From Phyllosticta citribraziliensis (Eukaryota), in NCBI RefSeq assembly GCF_038025025.1, contig NW_027117344.1:1798001-1862000 (forward strand): DNA of 64,000 bases, in the 5' to 3' direction. A model generated the notes under the pieces. That model was not told the DNA's origin. It saw nothing but the letters and a program-made list of their open reading frames with translations, and did no database searches. The position numbers and the translations under genes were made by a program. Shown piece by piece: positions 50,035 through 61,761 of this stretch; within the stretch, counting starts at the first letter, position 1; each line of letters begins with the position of its first letter.

Positions 50035-50769
50035 TTAGAGGAGGTTGCCGAGGAGGCCCTCACCCTGGAGGAGCTCGCCGAGGCCGACGAGGATGTCGCC
50101 GACGGCGGGGATGAGGCCAGAGACAATGGAGAAGACGGTCTGGACAATGTCGCCAACGAGGGGGACGAGAGCAGACAGAAGCTGGGTGATGGCGTGGACG
50201 AGGAGGGTCAGGACGTTGCCGAGGAGGTCGTTGATGGCTAGTTTGTGGTTAGCTGAATGAAGTGCTCGGGGTGGTTCTGGGGAAAGCTTACTCGTGCCGA
50301 GGACGGAGACAACGTTCAGGAGGGTGGAGATGATCTCGACGAGGAGCTTGACGACGAGGGAGACAACACCGGAGACATCGACGTTGGCGGAGACGGAGAT
50401 CTTGCCAACCTCAACCGAGGCCTGGACGAGGATGGAGACGATGGACTTGACTTCGGTCTGGACAACGGTGATGACGTTCTTCTTCTCAGAGTCGGAAGCA
50501 GAGTCGGCGTTGTAGCCCGAGACGGTCTTGTTGATGGTGCCAGTGTGCTGCTGAACGTTGGAGTAGACAGTCTCCATGTACGAGTAGACGGTCTTGTCCG
50601 AGCCCTGGGTGACGGTGGTGTTCTTGGTGGTGGTGGTCTGGCCCTGGGTGAGGGAGCCAGCGCCGGACTGGACCAGGCTGGTGGGGTTGGTCAGGTCACC
50701 AGTGGGGGCGGCGAGAGCGCCGAGGAAAAGGCTCGAAAGCGCAAAGGCGGAGGCGAAAGAGAAACGCAT
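50035..50769 (-). CDS. Secreted Cys-free protein with Leu/Val-rich amphipathic C-terminus (Sc15-like)
   Basis: Signal peptide MRFSFASAFALSSLFLGALAAP, Thr-rich linker and amphipathic repeats (VVSLVVKLLVEIISTL; LLGNVLTLLV). Probable in-frame intron at about 50238-50291. Strong codon bias. Confidence 0.78.
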   Translation of the reverse strand: MRFSFASAFALSSLFLGALAAPTGDLTNPTSLVQSGAGSLTQGQTTTTKNTTVTQGSDKTVYSYMETVYSNVQQHTGTINKTVSGYNADSASDSEKKNVITVVQTEVKSIVSILVQASVEVGKISVSANVDVSGVVSLVVKLLVEIISTLLNVVSVLGTSKLSPEPPRALHSANHKLAINDLLGNVLTLLVHAITQLLSALVPLVGDIVQTVFSIVSGLIPAVGDILVGLGELLQGEGLLGNLL

Positions 50770-52264
50770 TTTGATGGATTTAGTTGGTTAAGACGGTTGT
50801 TGTGTCGTCGGAACGAATGACTTCAAGAGCGACTGTAAAGAGTGACTGAAGCTGAAAGGCTTGTAGTGAGAGAAGTGGCTCGGTGGTTGAGTGAAGAAGA
50901 AAACTCGCAACCTGAACCAGACGCAGATTCTTATACTCAATTGACTCGCCGTCAACCCGTACTCCTATTTCCCCCATGCCGGTGCTCGTGATGATCATGT
51001 TCCGGCGAGAGAGACCAGCAAAGATGAGGCTCTTCAGGAACCCTTCCAATCACAGTTAGCGTAGAATAACCGGCTTCGCTGGAAGAAGATATGGAGAAGC
51101 GCGCACAGTCCGGATGGGGGACTGCCCGGATGGCGGCAACGTGCGTGCCGGTTAGGCCATTTCCTGATTGAGTCCAGATCTACCATCCGCACGGTGAGAT
51201 GCTGTATGGACAGGCCGGGGAAGCAACCCTCCAGACGCCGAGTGCAGGCAAAGGGGTGACCAGAAGTTGGTGAGCGGTGACGCAGTCGGCAGGATATGGC
51301 GGGATATGTCCGCGTTGTGGCTTCATTTCTCCGGACGGTGATGGCTCTCTGCTCCACTGCTGCACTGTGAGTTTAGTTTGATTGAAGGAAGCGCAAAAAT
51401 TTCCAAGACATGACTTTTCGTCTTTCATCTTCACGTTGCATGAATGTTGCTGTCAATGAGCGGCTCTCTCATCTCAAAGGAAGCTGTCAAATCCCGCGAG
51501 CGAGAAGCAGAGAGCAGCCCTCGGTCCATTTTGGCTGCGAGTCGCTGTGCCACTTTCGTGAGTCGTGGGATCAAGCAGTTATCAAAGCTTGGAGCAAGGC
51601 TGTGCTCGTGCCAACATGCATCCGGGCGCCTCAACCTTCCACGAGCGGTGTTGATAACGCCCGTCACCTATTGACAAGAAACAACGACCGAGACAGCCTG
51701 AGATCATCGTCGAGCACCTTGGCAAAATCGTGGAGGATATCCAAGATACGGAAAGCTTAGATGGTGGCTGGATGGATGTGTCGTTGCACGACCGCCATGT
51801 CGTCTTGGGAAAAGGCGCCGAGCAACCTCCGCTGTGAAATGAAAGCCTCAAAACCCATGTCGTCGATCCCCTAGGTTCCATTCAGTTGGTCCGCTCACCC
51901 CTTTCTGCCCTACGGATATTTCGATAGGAGATGCCGTGCGTCCGGCGTCTATTGGTCAGTATGGCGTCATGTCGTCCTGGGCTGTTCACAGGGCAGAGAG
52001 CAGCATCGCGAATTACTCCTTTGAGTCGATTTAATTCAAGATTGGTTGATCTCCCTAAGCCGACAGAAAGGGGAAGTTGCGGTCCGCCGTATCCATCATC
52101 CGCGTGGCTGTCCAAAGATGGACCACGTCACCTGACCGATGAGAGGCAGTGTAGGACGGCAACTTGTAAAAGCTGACAATGCCCAAAAGCCCTGTGGTTG
52201 CGCGCCCCTTTCAACTCCGAAAAACATTCATCTTGATTCGTCAAACAGCCCCGCGTCGAATCCA

Positions 52265-53386
52265 CTACGCATCGTCGAGACCTTCAAACAGCTTTACGCC
52301 CCATTTCTTGCTCGGGTTATTGAACCGAGTCAGATACATGCTGGAGATGTCATCATCAATCTTGTGCATGTCCTTGTCGAGCAGACGGCACCGGCCTGCG
52401 TCGAGATTGTCCCGAATCCACTGCTCATGACGGCTCTTCGGAATGACGCTGGTACCTCGCGTATTTGCCCAGGCGAGGACCACTTGCGCCGGCGTACAAT
52501 GACGCAACTCGCCTATGCGGACAATGTCCGGATTCTCCAGCAGCGGCGGTGTAGGCCTCCGGGAGCGTCCGTGATACACCGGGTTCATGTTCGCCAAAGG
52601 CGAGTATGCCGTTACATGCATGTTGTGGGTCTTGTGGTAGATGATCCATTCTGGCTGCTGCAAGTAGGGGTGGATTTCCATCTGGTGGACAGCGGGCTTG
52701 ATGGTGGCCGCCTTGAAGAGTTTGCGAAGCTGCTTGGGGGAAAAGTTGGAAACGCCAATGTGTTTGACTTTGCCCTGTTCGACGAGCTTCTCCATCGACT
52801 TCCACGTCTGATCGACCTGTTAGCGCAATGACGATCACGGCGAGTTCAATTCGCCTACCTCGACAAAGTCGAATGCTCCGCGGTCGTTCACCGGCCAGTG
52901 TAACAAGTACAGATCCAAATAATCCAAATCGAGATCATCCAGCGTACTCTCCAGCGCCTTCGCTACGGTACTATCGTCGCCGTGGCGGTCATTCCACAAC
53001 TTGCTCGTCACCCAAAGGTGTTCTCTGTTGATGCGGGCCCTCTTGATGCCTTCAGCGATGCCTCTCCCCACGGAACGTTCATTGCCGTAGATCGGCGCAC
53101 AGTCGATGTGGCGGTATCCGGCGTGGATGGCAAAAGCGACGGCTTCGCTTGCATTCAGGAGGCTCGGGTCGTCGGACTCCTCGTCCAGATTCCACGTCCC
53201 AAAGCCGATGTAAGGAGGCTCAGGGGCGGGCCTTGGTTTGAGTGGCTTTTGCTTCGCGCCGGCGGGCTGTTCGCTTGCAACGACGATTCCGGACGACGCC
53301 AAAAGAAGTGTGCTCAAGCCCTTGAACAGCAGAATCGTAGCCGCCACGGCCAGGATGACAGTACGGTATGAGGAGAAGCGAGGCAT
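52265..53386 (-). CDS. Aldo-keto reductase with N-terminal hydrophobic extension
   Basis: IGFGTW, GYRHIDCAPIYGNE, VTSKLW, YLDLYLLHWP, IGVSNF and IPKS. One intron at about 52817-52859. Confidence 0.92.
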
Positions 53387-53861
53387 TGCGATGAAGATTC
53401 CATGGTGAGCTGAGTGGGAGCTTGGAACTCGACCACAGAGCTAGATGCCGATGGGCTGCAACAGATGTCATGGCAAGAGCAGGGGTCCCCATTACTCGAC
53501 GAGCGTTTGAGGTGGGGAGGCGGCTGCGCACTTGGTGGGCATGCTCAAACACCCTAGCGGACAATCGTTCCCCCGCCGCTATAGCCCAAACACGACCTAC
53601 CTCTAACCGCTGATGGCATTCTTGCGGCGGTACGCTAGACGTCATTCGTCGACATGCGTTTTATGGGCATGGATGCAATGGATCATGACAAGTGACACCA
53701 CAGCGAATGGGGCGGCCTCCTTGACATCCAACCCCACCCTCGCAAACTTGAGACGACTGAAAAACAGGCTTTGGCATAGATTCATCGTGTCCGAAATCAA
53801 AACCGCCATCCTACCCGAGACCGATTTCCCGAGACCGATTCCTGCGTAGCTTACAGCCACC

Positions 53862-55194
53862 TCAGACCTCACGCTTGCCCTCGCCCAAGGTCTTTAGTGT
53901 GCCCCAAGCGACGAAGCCTCCCAGGACGGTGGCATACAAGCCCGTTGCAGCCAGCACCTCGCCGCGCCTTGCGTTTGTCAAAGCGCCCACACTTATGGCA
54001 AACAGAGCCGTCAGGATCAACACGCCCTCCGCTCCGCGTGCTTGCGAAGTAGAAAGAGAATGAGCACGCGACATGTAAAATCCAGTTGCAGAGCCGATGA
54101 CGAGGAACACGAGCGTCGATGCGAGAGCGGTCGGCCAAGAAGATGTAGATTCAGCGTCGAATGTCGCATGAGCATTGGAGCCTGAATGGGGAGCAGAAGC
54201 AGAAGCGTTCGTGTACAGCGCAGCTGTCCGCAAGGAGAGTGGGGCTAGCGACCAAGAGTTGCGCACACCGGCTTTTTCCGTTGGGTTGACGGGCGAGTTA
54301 GCCGGAGTTGATGGGGGCAGCCCGGTCAGAGAAAAAGGTAGAGATTTTCGTCGGTTGGGCCAGTTGTCTTTTAAGAAGCGCGGAACAGGCACGATGGCTT
54401 TGTCAGATACATCCGAAGCGGTTTTGGAGGAATTTGAAGGACGCAGGGAAACGAGATCGGCTTCGTTGTCATATTTGTAGCGTGCATAGCCATTGAGAAG
54501 CGGTCGAGCAAGTGTGTGAGAGCCGTTCGTCGTCCCATTGGTGCGGCCATCAGTTGCACTCGTGACTGTCTCGCCAGAGAACCAGCGGCGGAGAGACGAG
54601 AGAGCCGAAGGTGTGGGTGTCGGGAGTGCTGCGACTAGATATTGGTTGTATAACGCTTGCTCTGGTCTGTGTTAGCACTATTCGACGGGAGTTCAGTCTT
54701 GTAGTAGATGTCAAAAGGGATTAGGCTCGATGGTAGTAGCGGTGGTCGTGTGCCTTATTCACAGGTGCAACGGTTCTGATGAACGACGATTTTCGGGCCA
54801 CGAACTGAAAATGAAAAAAGCACTCACGGTATTTTCCAATCCATAGTTCCAGTTCGCCAAGAACTTCTTTCTTTCGCATCTCCACACCAGCCCCTTCTCC
54901 CTTCCCATTTCTGCTGACTCGCCCGTCCCAAGCCCACCCTTCGCGCGTCATGCGATCCAGCTTGTCCAATTCTTCCTCCAATTCCAAGCCTTTATTTTCC
55001 AAGATTAGAAGATTCCGGGCGCTAAGCCGGTCAAATTTGCGAAAGATAAAGGCATCGGGTGCGGAGATATCGTTCGCTCTGGAGGGTGAGCCTTGGGAGC
55101 TTGGAAACGAGCTGGAAGCAGCGATGTGCGCTGCAAGAGACGGATAGCCGTCACGAAGTCGTGCGAGCGACGAAGCCTCCTCGACCGAAGACAT
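53862..55194 (-). CDS. DUF6594-like membrane protein
   Basis: DGYPSLAAHIA..FIFRKFDRLSARNLL..E..L..LD at the N-terminus and three C-terminal TM helices ending EVLAATGLYATVLGGFV. Intron 54662-54827 joins the two ORFs. Confidence 0.8.
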
Positions 55195-55966
55195 TGACCT
55201 TGCGATCTTTGCTCTTGAAAATGACGGGGCGGTGAAATTCTGCGGGTTGGTGGGGTGCCATGCGCTGGTGTGGTGTCTTTGGGAGAGCTGAAGTCATGGT
55301 GAGGGGTCGGCAGCTCGTATATAAGGACGGATCATGGGCGTCTGCGTCGAGGCTGGTGGCAATTGGTCACGAGCTCAAGCAGTCGCGGGCTTGGCCTGCA
55401 AAATAGGTGCAGAGCTGGCTGGTTGATAAGCTGGATTGTGGTGGTAGTACCAAAAGGTGCTTGGGGCGGAAAACGCAGACCTGCGGGTGCCGGCATGGCG
55501 TTGTGTGACCCGCTAGCAGGAAACGGATCTGGCTGGAAGGGGAAATTGTGACTTGTTAGTAACTTGCTGGGCGCTGGCTTTTGATCAGTAAGGCAGTCAT
55601 GAGTGCTTGAAGCATTCGTCGACCCCTTAAATCAGACTTCTCAAGCTAAGTGAAGATTTTTGCTTCTTCGACTCGCGACGTCCTACCCGTCAATTCCGGA
55701 ACGTGCCTTTGGGGGTTTTGCCTGCAAGACAGAAAAATTCTGAAGGTGGATGAGTTTGATGCAGAAACGTCGTCTGAATCTGATAGTGCTTGAGAAGAGA
55801 GGCCAGGCTTGCGGCTGGCAATTGACCGATTCGTATTTGTACACCGAACTGATCGTGCCAAACTCCAAGAAGAAAATGATCAAAGTGAGCGCAGTTGTGA
55901 TGACAAAGTCACGGCGTAATGCAAGAAGGACGACTTTCGCGGAACGTTGGGTGTGCAAATTCAATC

Positions 55967-56613
55967 TCATGCTTTGGGGCCTTCGCCGGTAGACTCCTGC
56001 ATTTCGCGCCGACGTCGCTCGGCCTCAGCAGCCAAGCTCTTCCTGTCATCGAGGATTTTCTGGCGTTGCTCCGCGACTTGTTGGGCGTTGATCTCGGAAG
56101 CGGCCTCCCAGACTGCAGAGCCGACGTCAGTAAACTTCGGACCTCCAAAGATGGCTCAACCTACTGGGCTTGTCGGACTTGGACCAGTCCTTCAACTTGT
56201 TCACAAAGTCGTCAAACTCTTGCTCTCTCATCTCGCGCTTTTCAAGAGAACGCTTCTGCAGCTCGGGGTTGTATTTCTTGGCGAAAGTTAGAAGCTTTTT
56301 GAGGTGCGTCCTTTCAAGACGAGTATGAGGGATGTTGACTGAGTCATGAATTGAAGCAGTGCAGAAGAAGGAACAGGCGGAAAAACGAGAGTAGGTGGAA
56401 GATGTGGTCGACTGGAATGGACAAGAGGAAAAAAAAAAAAAAAGAGTTACCTTGAAAAGCTCATCCTCGGTCGGCATCAACCAATACGTAAAGGCCGGGC
56501 CGCCGACACACAGGCCAACGCCTCTGGTGAGTCAAAGTCAGTTTGGTTGAGATGTCCCGGGGTCGCAGTACATACGCAGCAAGCATCTTGATCCAAGTGG
56601 CGGCGCGGGTCAT
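55967..56613 (-). CDS. CBP4: Cytochrome b / complex III assembly factor Cbp4
   Basis: Four exons: MTRAATWIKMLAA | GVGLCVGGPAFTYWLMPTEDELFK | KYNPELQKRSLEKR..QEFDDFVNKLKDWSKSDKP | IWEAA...GPKA*. Confidence 0.9.
56429..56443. repeat. Poly(A) tract, 15 nt (poly-U at the start of CBP4 intron 2)
   Basis: Direct read. Confidence 0.85.
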
Positions 56614-57585
56614 GGCGGAGGATGCGGCGGGATAGTTTAGGAGAATGAAGGGTGTTCTAGGAGGCTGAGCGAACACGATGAGAGCACGGGAAAGAGACAG
56701 GAGGCCGGAAGCTGTTGGAGCCGATTGGAGCGGATGGTGCGGTTGCGGACGTGGTTGTATTGACGATGGCGGGCGGGCTGGGTGGACGAAACTGTCTATG
56801 ATGCGCTGCTCGATGTGGCGGCGCAGACAGGTGTGGCTGGAGCGGGAGGGAAGTTCATGTGTACCGCGGCGGTACGGCAAGGTGGCGCAGCACGAGACAA
56901 CGACGAGACAGGCACCGAGGCGTGGGTGGCAGGACCGGACAAGGCCGAGTCGGTCTAAAAAAACCAAAAACAACCTGAAGTTTCTCTCTCGTGTCCTGTT
57001 CCTGGGACCCGTCACTCTTTTGGCGCCCGTGCAACGCCATCCATCACTCTCCTGGCGGCCGCTGGTGCTCCTGATTGGATCAGCCCTCTCGCTCCTACCA
57101 CTCAACTACTGCACCGTTGGCCGCCCGGACGACTGACCTCTCGTTCGCGCAAAACTCGAGCGCCCTCTCTTTGCGACTCTGTTTGCCTCGTCAACATCAC
57201 CTCTCCCCCTCGCACCAACGGAGCCGCCCGTTGTCTTGCGACATCGACTTTACCCAGCTCACCCCCGCCCCAGCTTCGCACCCTGACTAGCCTCCACGAG
57301 CTTTCCAAGCCTCCGACCGCCCAACCCTGGCAATCTCCCCTTCGCGATCAAGACGCAACTGCGACAATCGACAGGTCGCTTCACCAAGCTTGTTTTGCGC
57401 CCCGTCATGAGCTTCCTGTAGCCGCACGTTATCGCGACAACACCCCTTCGCTCCTTACCACGCCTCTCGTTTACCTGTCGGCTTCACGACTCCCATTGGG
57501 CGCACCAAGCCCACACGCTCCCTACTGCAAAACACGCCCTGTACCTTGGTCGTGGTGCTGCACCGGGCACCCCTTTCGTTGACGA

Positions 57586-60500
57586 ATGGCCTACGACGCC
57601 CACTCTAACTACCAGCCGCCGCCCAGGCACTATTATCCCCAAGGTCCTCCCCAGAATCAAGCCTATTACGGCAATTCTCACCACGACGACTACGCCCAGG
57701 ACCAGCCCGGATACGCCTACGACGATGGATACGCTTACCAGGACGGCTACGGCTACGCCGAGGACCAGTATAATGGCTACAACGGAGGTCATGGTCACCA
57801 ACAAGGCCCGCCGCCTCTGCGCCAAATGGGGCCACCTGGAGGCTATGGCATGGTGAATGGTGGACCGCCTCCGCAGAGTCACAACGGACCAATGCCTCGA
57901 GGTCCTCCCCCTCAAGGAGGGCGAATACCTCCTCGCGGGCCTCCGCCAGGGCCAGGGCCTGGACCCGGTGCTCGAGGTTATGGTCCACCTCCAAGTGCTG
58001 GCGCAAGACCTCCCGTTAGAGGTGATGGACGCGGAAGGCCACCACCGCAAAACTTTGGGCCAGGTGGCGATCCCATGGGACGCGGAAGACCACCTCCCCA
58101 AGGTCCGCCACCAATTGCGCCGATTCCAAACGGTGCACCGCGACCAAAACCAGGTGAGTCTGCGCTATGAATGGCATGAGACGTGGCGCTGACTTGCAGT
58201 GAAGGCCGGCCAACATCACCGCAAGCGTTGCCTTTCGACAGTCCTTTTCCTGTATTCCCGACCAAAACCCCACCCAGGACTAGGAACAGACCAATTGAGG
58301 AGGGTATGGCGAATATGAGCATGAACGGGAGGCCCGGAGATGATCCTTCGAGGCAGGGTCCCCGCAAGATGAGCAAGTCGAGCGAGAGTGGTCGTCCGCC
58401 GCTCAACGATCAACATCGAACTCCGCCGTACCAACAGACTCCACGTAGTAGAGCTGGAGGACCTGGAAGTGGCGCTCAGCAAAATGGATTTGACAGACCT
58501 TCTCCACCAATCAGAGCGCACACAGCGGGCCCGGTGGACAATCACATTGGTGGATTCCGAATGCCAGCTTTCGGCTCTCCGGAAACACCTCCTCATGTTC
58601 AACGTTCGGCGACAATGCCGCAGAATTACCAGCAAGCGCTAGACTATGACCACGAGGATGCATGGAACGAGCCCGTGCCTCCAATTCCACCCGTGCCGCA
58701 GCTCAACGCTCAAGCCGGTGCGGCGATTCCCCGGCCAAGGACTGCAGGAGATCGCAGGCAGCAGCCTCAAATTGCTCACGTTGGTGCAATGGCATACAAG
58801 ACGCCGTACCAGCCTCCCAAATACCAACATGGACAACATCCCTCGGAGGGCGGTTACGGAGCACACAGTCACGCGGATCGAGAGGCTGCCATTGAGGCAG
58901 AGATGCCAGATTTTGACAGCATACCGCAAGAACCAATGCATCGACGTGGGCAGTCTTTCGAAAGGCATCTTGGAGACTCAGGCTCCAATACTCCGGTCAA
59001 TTCATCACAACCTCCACCAGAATTTCCAATGACGAATGGGACACAACAAGTACATCGGAGCAAATCTCAGCCTGATTTTAACCGTGGTCGACACCCGAAT
59101 GGATACACGGCGGAACCGTCTGACGAAGTGCCAGCGCTGCCTCAACTGCCTCGCAGCAACACTGTCCAGGACTATGGGCACGGTGCATATTTCCAGAGCC
59201 CCCCGCCTCCTCGGCCGAACACCGCAAATGGGAGAGGGCCTTTCCCGCCAGGTCCTCAGGCTGGCCCTCAAGGCTCAGGATACAGAGGACCGCCACCTGC
59301 TGGACCGCTTCCACGTTTGCCACCAACTGCTCGCCCTGCGAACCGCTTCTACGGCCAGCCCGCCCCTGGGCCAACGGGTCGACCTTCTCTTGAGCAGCAG
59401 CAGTACAACTCCGACCCAGGTCCACACGGAATGCGCCAGGGCCCGCCACAAGCGCCGCTCCCTGACCACCGGGCCCGAGGTCCGCCGCGAGCACCAAACA
59501 ATGTCATGAGTCCTGGTGGTGCAAGCAATCCCATGAGCCCAGGAAGTGGAAGCAACATCATGAGCCCCGTTGAAGAAAGAAAATCCCAGAGTGAAGATGC
59601 TCTTCCACATCATCCAACCCCGGCTTCGCATGCCGATTCTCTCCCGCATCATCCAGCGCCTGTCAGACCCGGCCACATGGGTCAGAAGCCCGCACCTGTT
59701 CGCAATTACAGCGGCGGCAACGTCCCGCAAGCGGTGCCCACCATTGCTCAGCCTCAGCCTCCCAAAAAGCCTGGACGACGCTACTCAGATCCTCTTACCT
59801 TGGAAAGTCTTGCCCGACTCCGCCAGGAGGTGCAGAACCATCCTCGCAACGATGCTCTTCACCTGAAATATGCAAAGAAACTAGTTGATGCAGCATCGGT
59901 TTTGGCAAACGAGGGTGGCCGCGCTGACCCGAAGACCACGGCGAAGAACCGCGAGCGCTACATTCAGGAAGCCTACAAATCCGTCAAAAAGCTCGTCCAA
60001 CGCGAATATACAGAAGCCATGTTTTACCTCGCGGACAGCTATGGACAAGGATCGCTCGGGCTGAATGTGGACGAGAAGGAAGCATTTAGCTTGTACATGC
60101 AAGCCGCAAAGCTTGGCCATGCGCCTTCCGCATACCGCACGGCCGTGTGCTGTGAAATAGGTGCCGAAGAAGGCGGCGGGACCCGCAAAGACCCCATGAA
60201 AGCCATGCAATGGTATAAGCGTGCGGCAGCTCTCGGTGACGTTGCTGCCATGTACAAGCTCGGCATGGTGCTCTTGAAGGGTCTCATGGGACAACAAAAG
60301 AACATCTCAGAAGCGATAACATGGCTAAAGCGTGCCGCCGATCGGGCAGACGAGGAAAATCCACACGCCCTACACGAACTGGCACTGCTCTACTGCAACA
60401 AAGCGGCAGCCAACGCTCAGCACGTCCCAGATCATCTGATTGGCAATGACGACGCACAGGCATACTCTCTATTCAAGCGTGCTGCAGACATGGGCTACAA

Positions 60501-61015
60501 ATTCAGCCAATTCCGCCTCGGCGAGGCATATGAATACGGTTTGCTGGGTTGTCCCATTGACCAGCGCAGCAGCATTGCTTGGTACACCAAAGCGGCAGCG
60601 CAAGGGGAACACCAGGCAGAGTTGGCGCTGTCTGGGTGGTATTTGACTGGCAGCCAAGGTATCTTGGACCAGAGTGACACCGAGGCATACTTGTGGGCAC
60701 GCAAAGCAGCGTGTGCAGACCCGCCATTGCCCAAGGCCATGTTTGCCATGGGTTACTTTACTGAAGTTGGCATCGGGTGTCCGAGAAGTTTGGATGAGGC
60801 AAAGAGATGGTATGGCAGAGCGGCTTGTAAGTGACCACATTCCACCTTTGAGTTATTGGATCTTGCGCTGACTTTTCCAAACAGCCCACAAATTCCCCAA
60901 GGCACAGGAGCGTCTTGAGGAGCTTAAGCGTGGAGGTGTACGCGCACAGAGGAGCCGCGAACGTCTATCTCGTAGCAACCACAAGCAGCACGAGGAAAAC
61001 TGCATCGTCATGTAG
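57586..61015 (+). CDS. Chitin synthase activator, Chs4/Skt5-like (SEL1 repeats, CaaX)
   Basis: Long Pro/Gly-rich N-terminus, SEL1 repeats (AMFYLAD.YGQG, AYRTAVCCEIG, AELALSGWYLTG) and C-terminal CIVM. Introns at about 58154-58199 and 60828-60884. Confidence 0.93.
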
Positions 61016-61761
61016 TTGGCGAAATCCTCAAAGCGCTCTCTACTCGTGAGTCCATTGTAAACAAGTGCATGATGGCATCAGCATGTTTAATAGTTACTTG
61101 TCTGAATATGCGTTCCAATACTGCGGCCCTTTCCTTTATTTCTTCTCTTCTGAAAGCTGGACTCGGCCAGCAGAGCGATTGAGCGTCTGGTTGCCTTGGA
61201 GTTTATTTGAAAAGTTGGCTGGTCTTTTGCTGACCGACTCGGACTGTTTGATTTTGAGCGTCATGACCCTGCTTAGCGAATCACGGCGTGTGGGAAAGTC
61301 ACATCACAGCCATGACGGTCTAGATGGCTGGAGGAAGCCCATGAATCTTGTCTCATTGGCTGTGGCTATGTAATAGTCTTTTCAATCAATTTTGCATTTG
61401 ACGACACCCTGAATGCTCCAGGTGAGGTTAATGCGTGCAGCCACGTTAAATTGGAATGATAAGAAGGATCGAAACTCAATCTTCAGAACCCTTCGCGTAG
61501 CCTTGCCCAGATCCTCCCATCTCACCCGAGCCTCACGCGCCTCCTTCCCGTTGCCGTCTTCACCCCTGTCCATCGGACCCTGATGCGGCGCCGCACACAC
61601 CTCCGCCCCGACATCGCGCTTCCGCCCGAAAGTTGCGCACCACAGCAACACCACCAATCCTCCATCGCCAGTGACGACCGTCGTTCACGCCAGAGGAGCA
61701 GCGCACCGATTCACCAATCCGCCAATTGGTGTTTGCCCCGGTCGACGCCATTGCCATCGCC

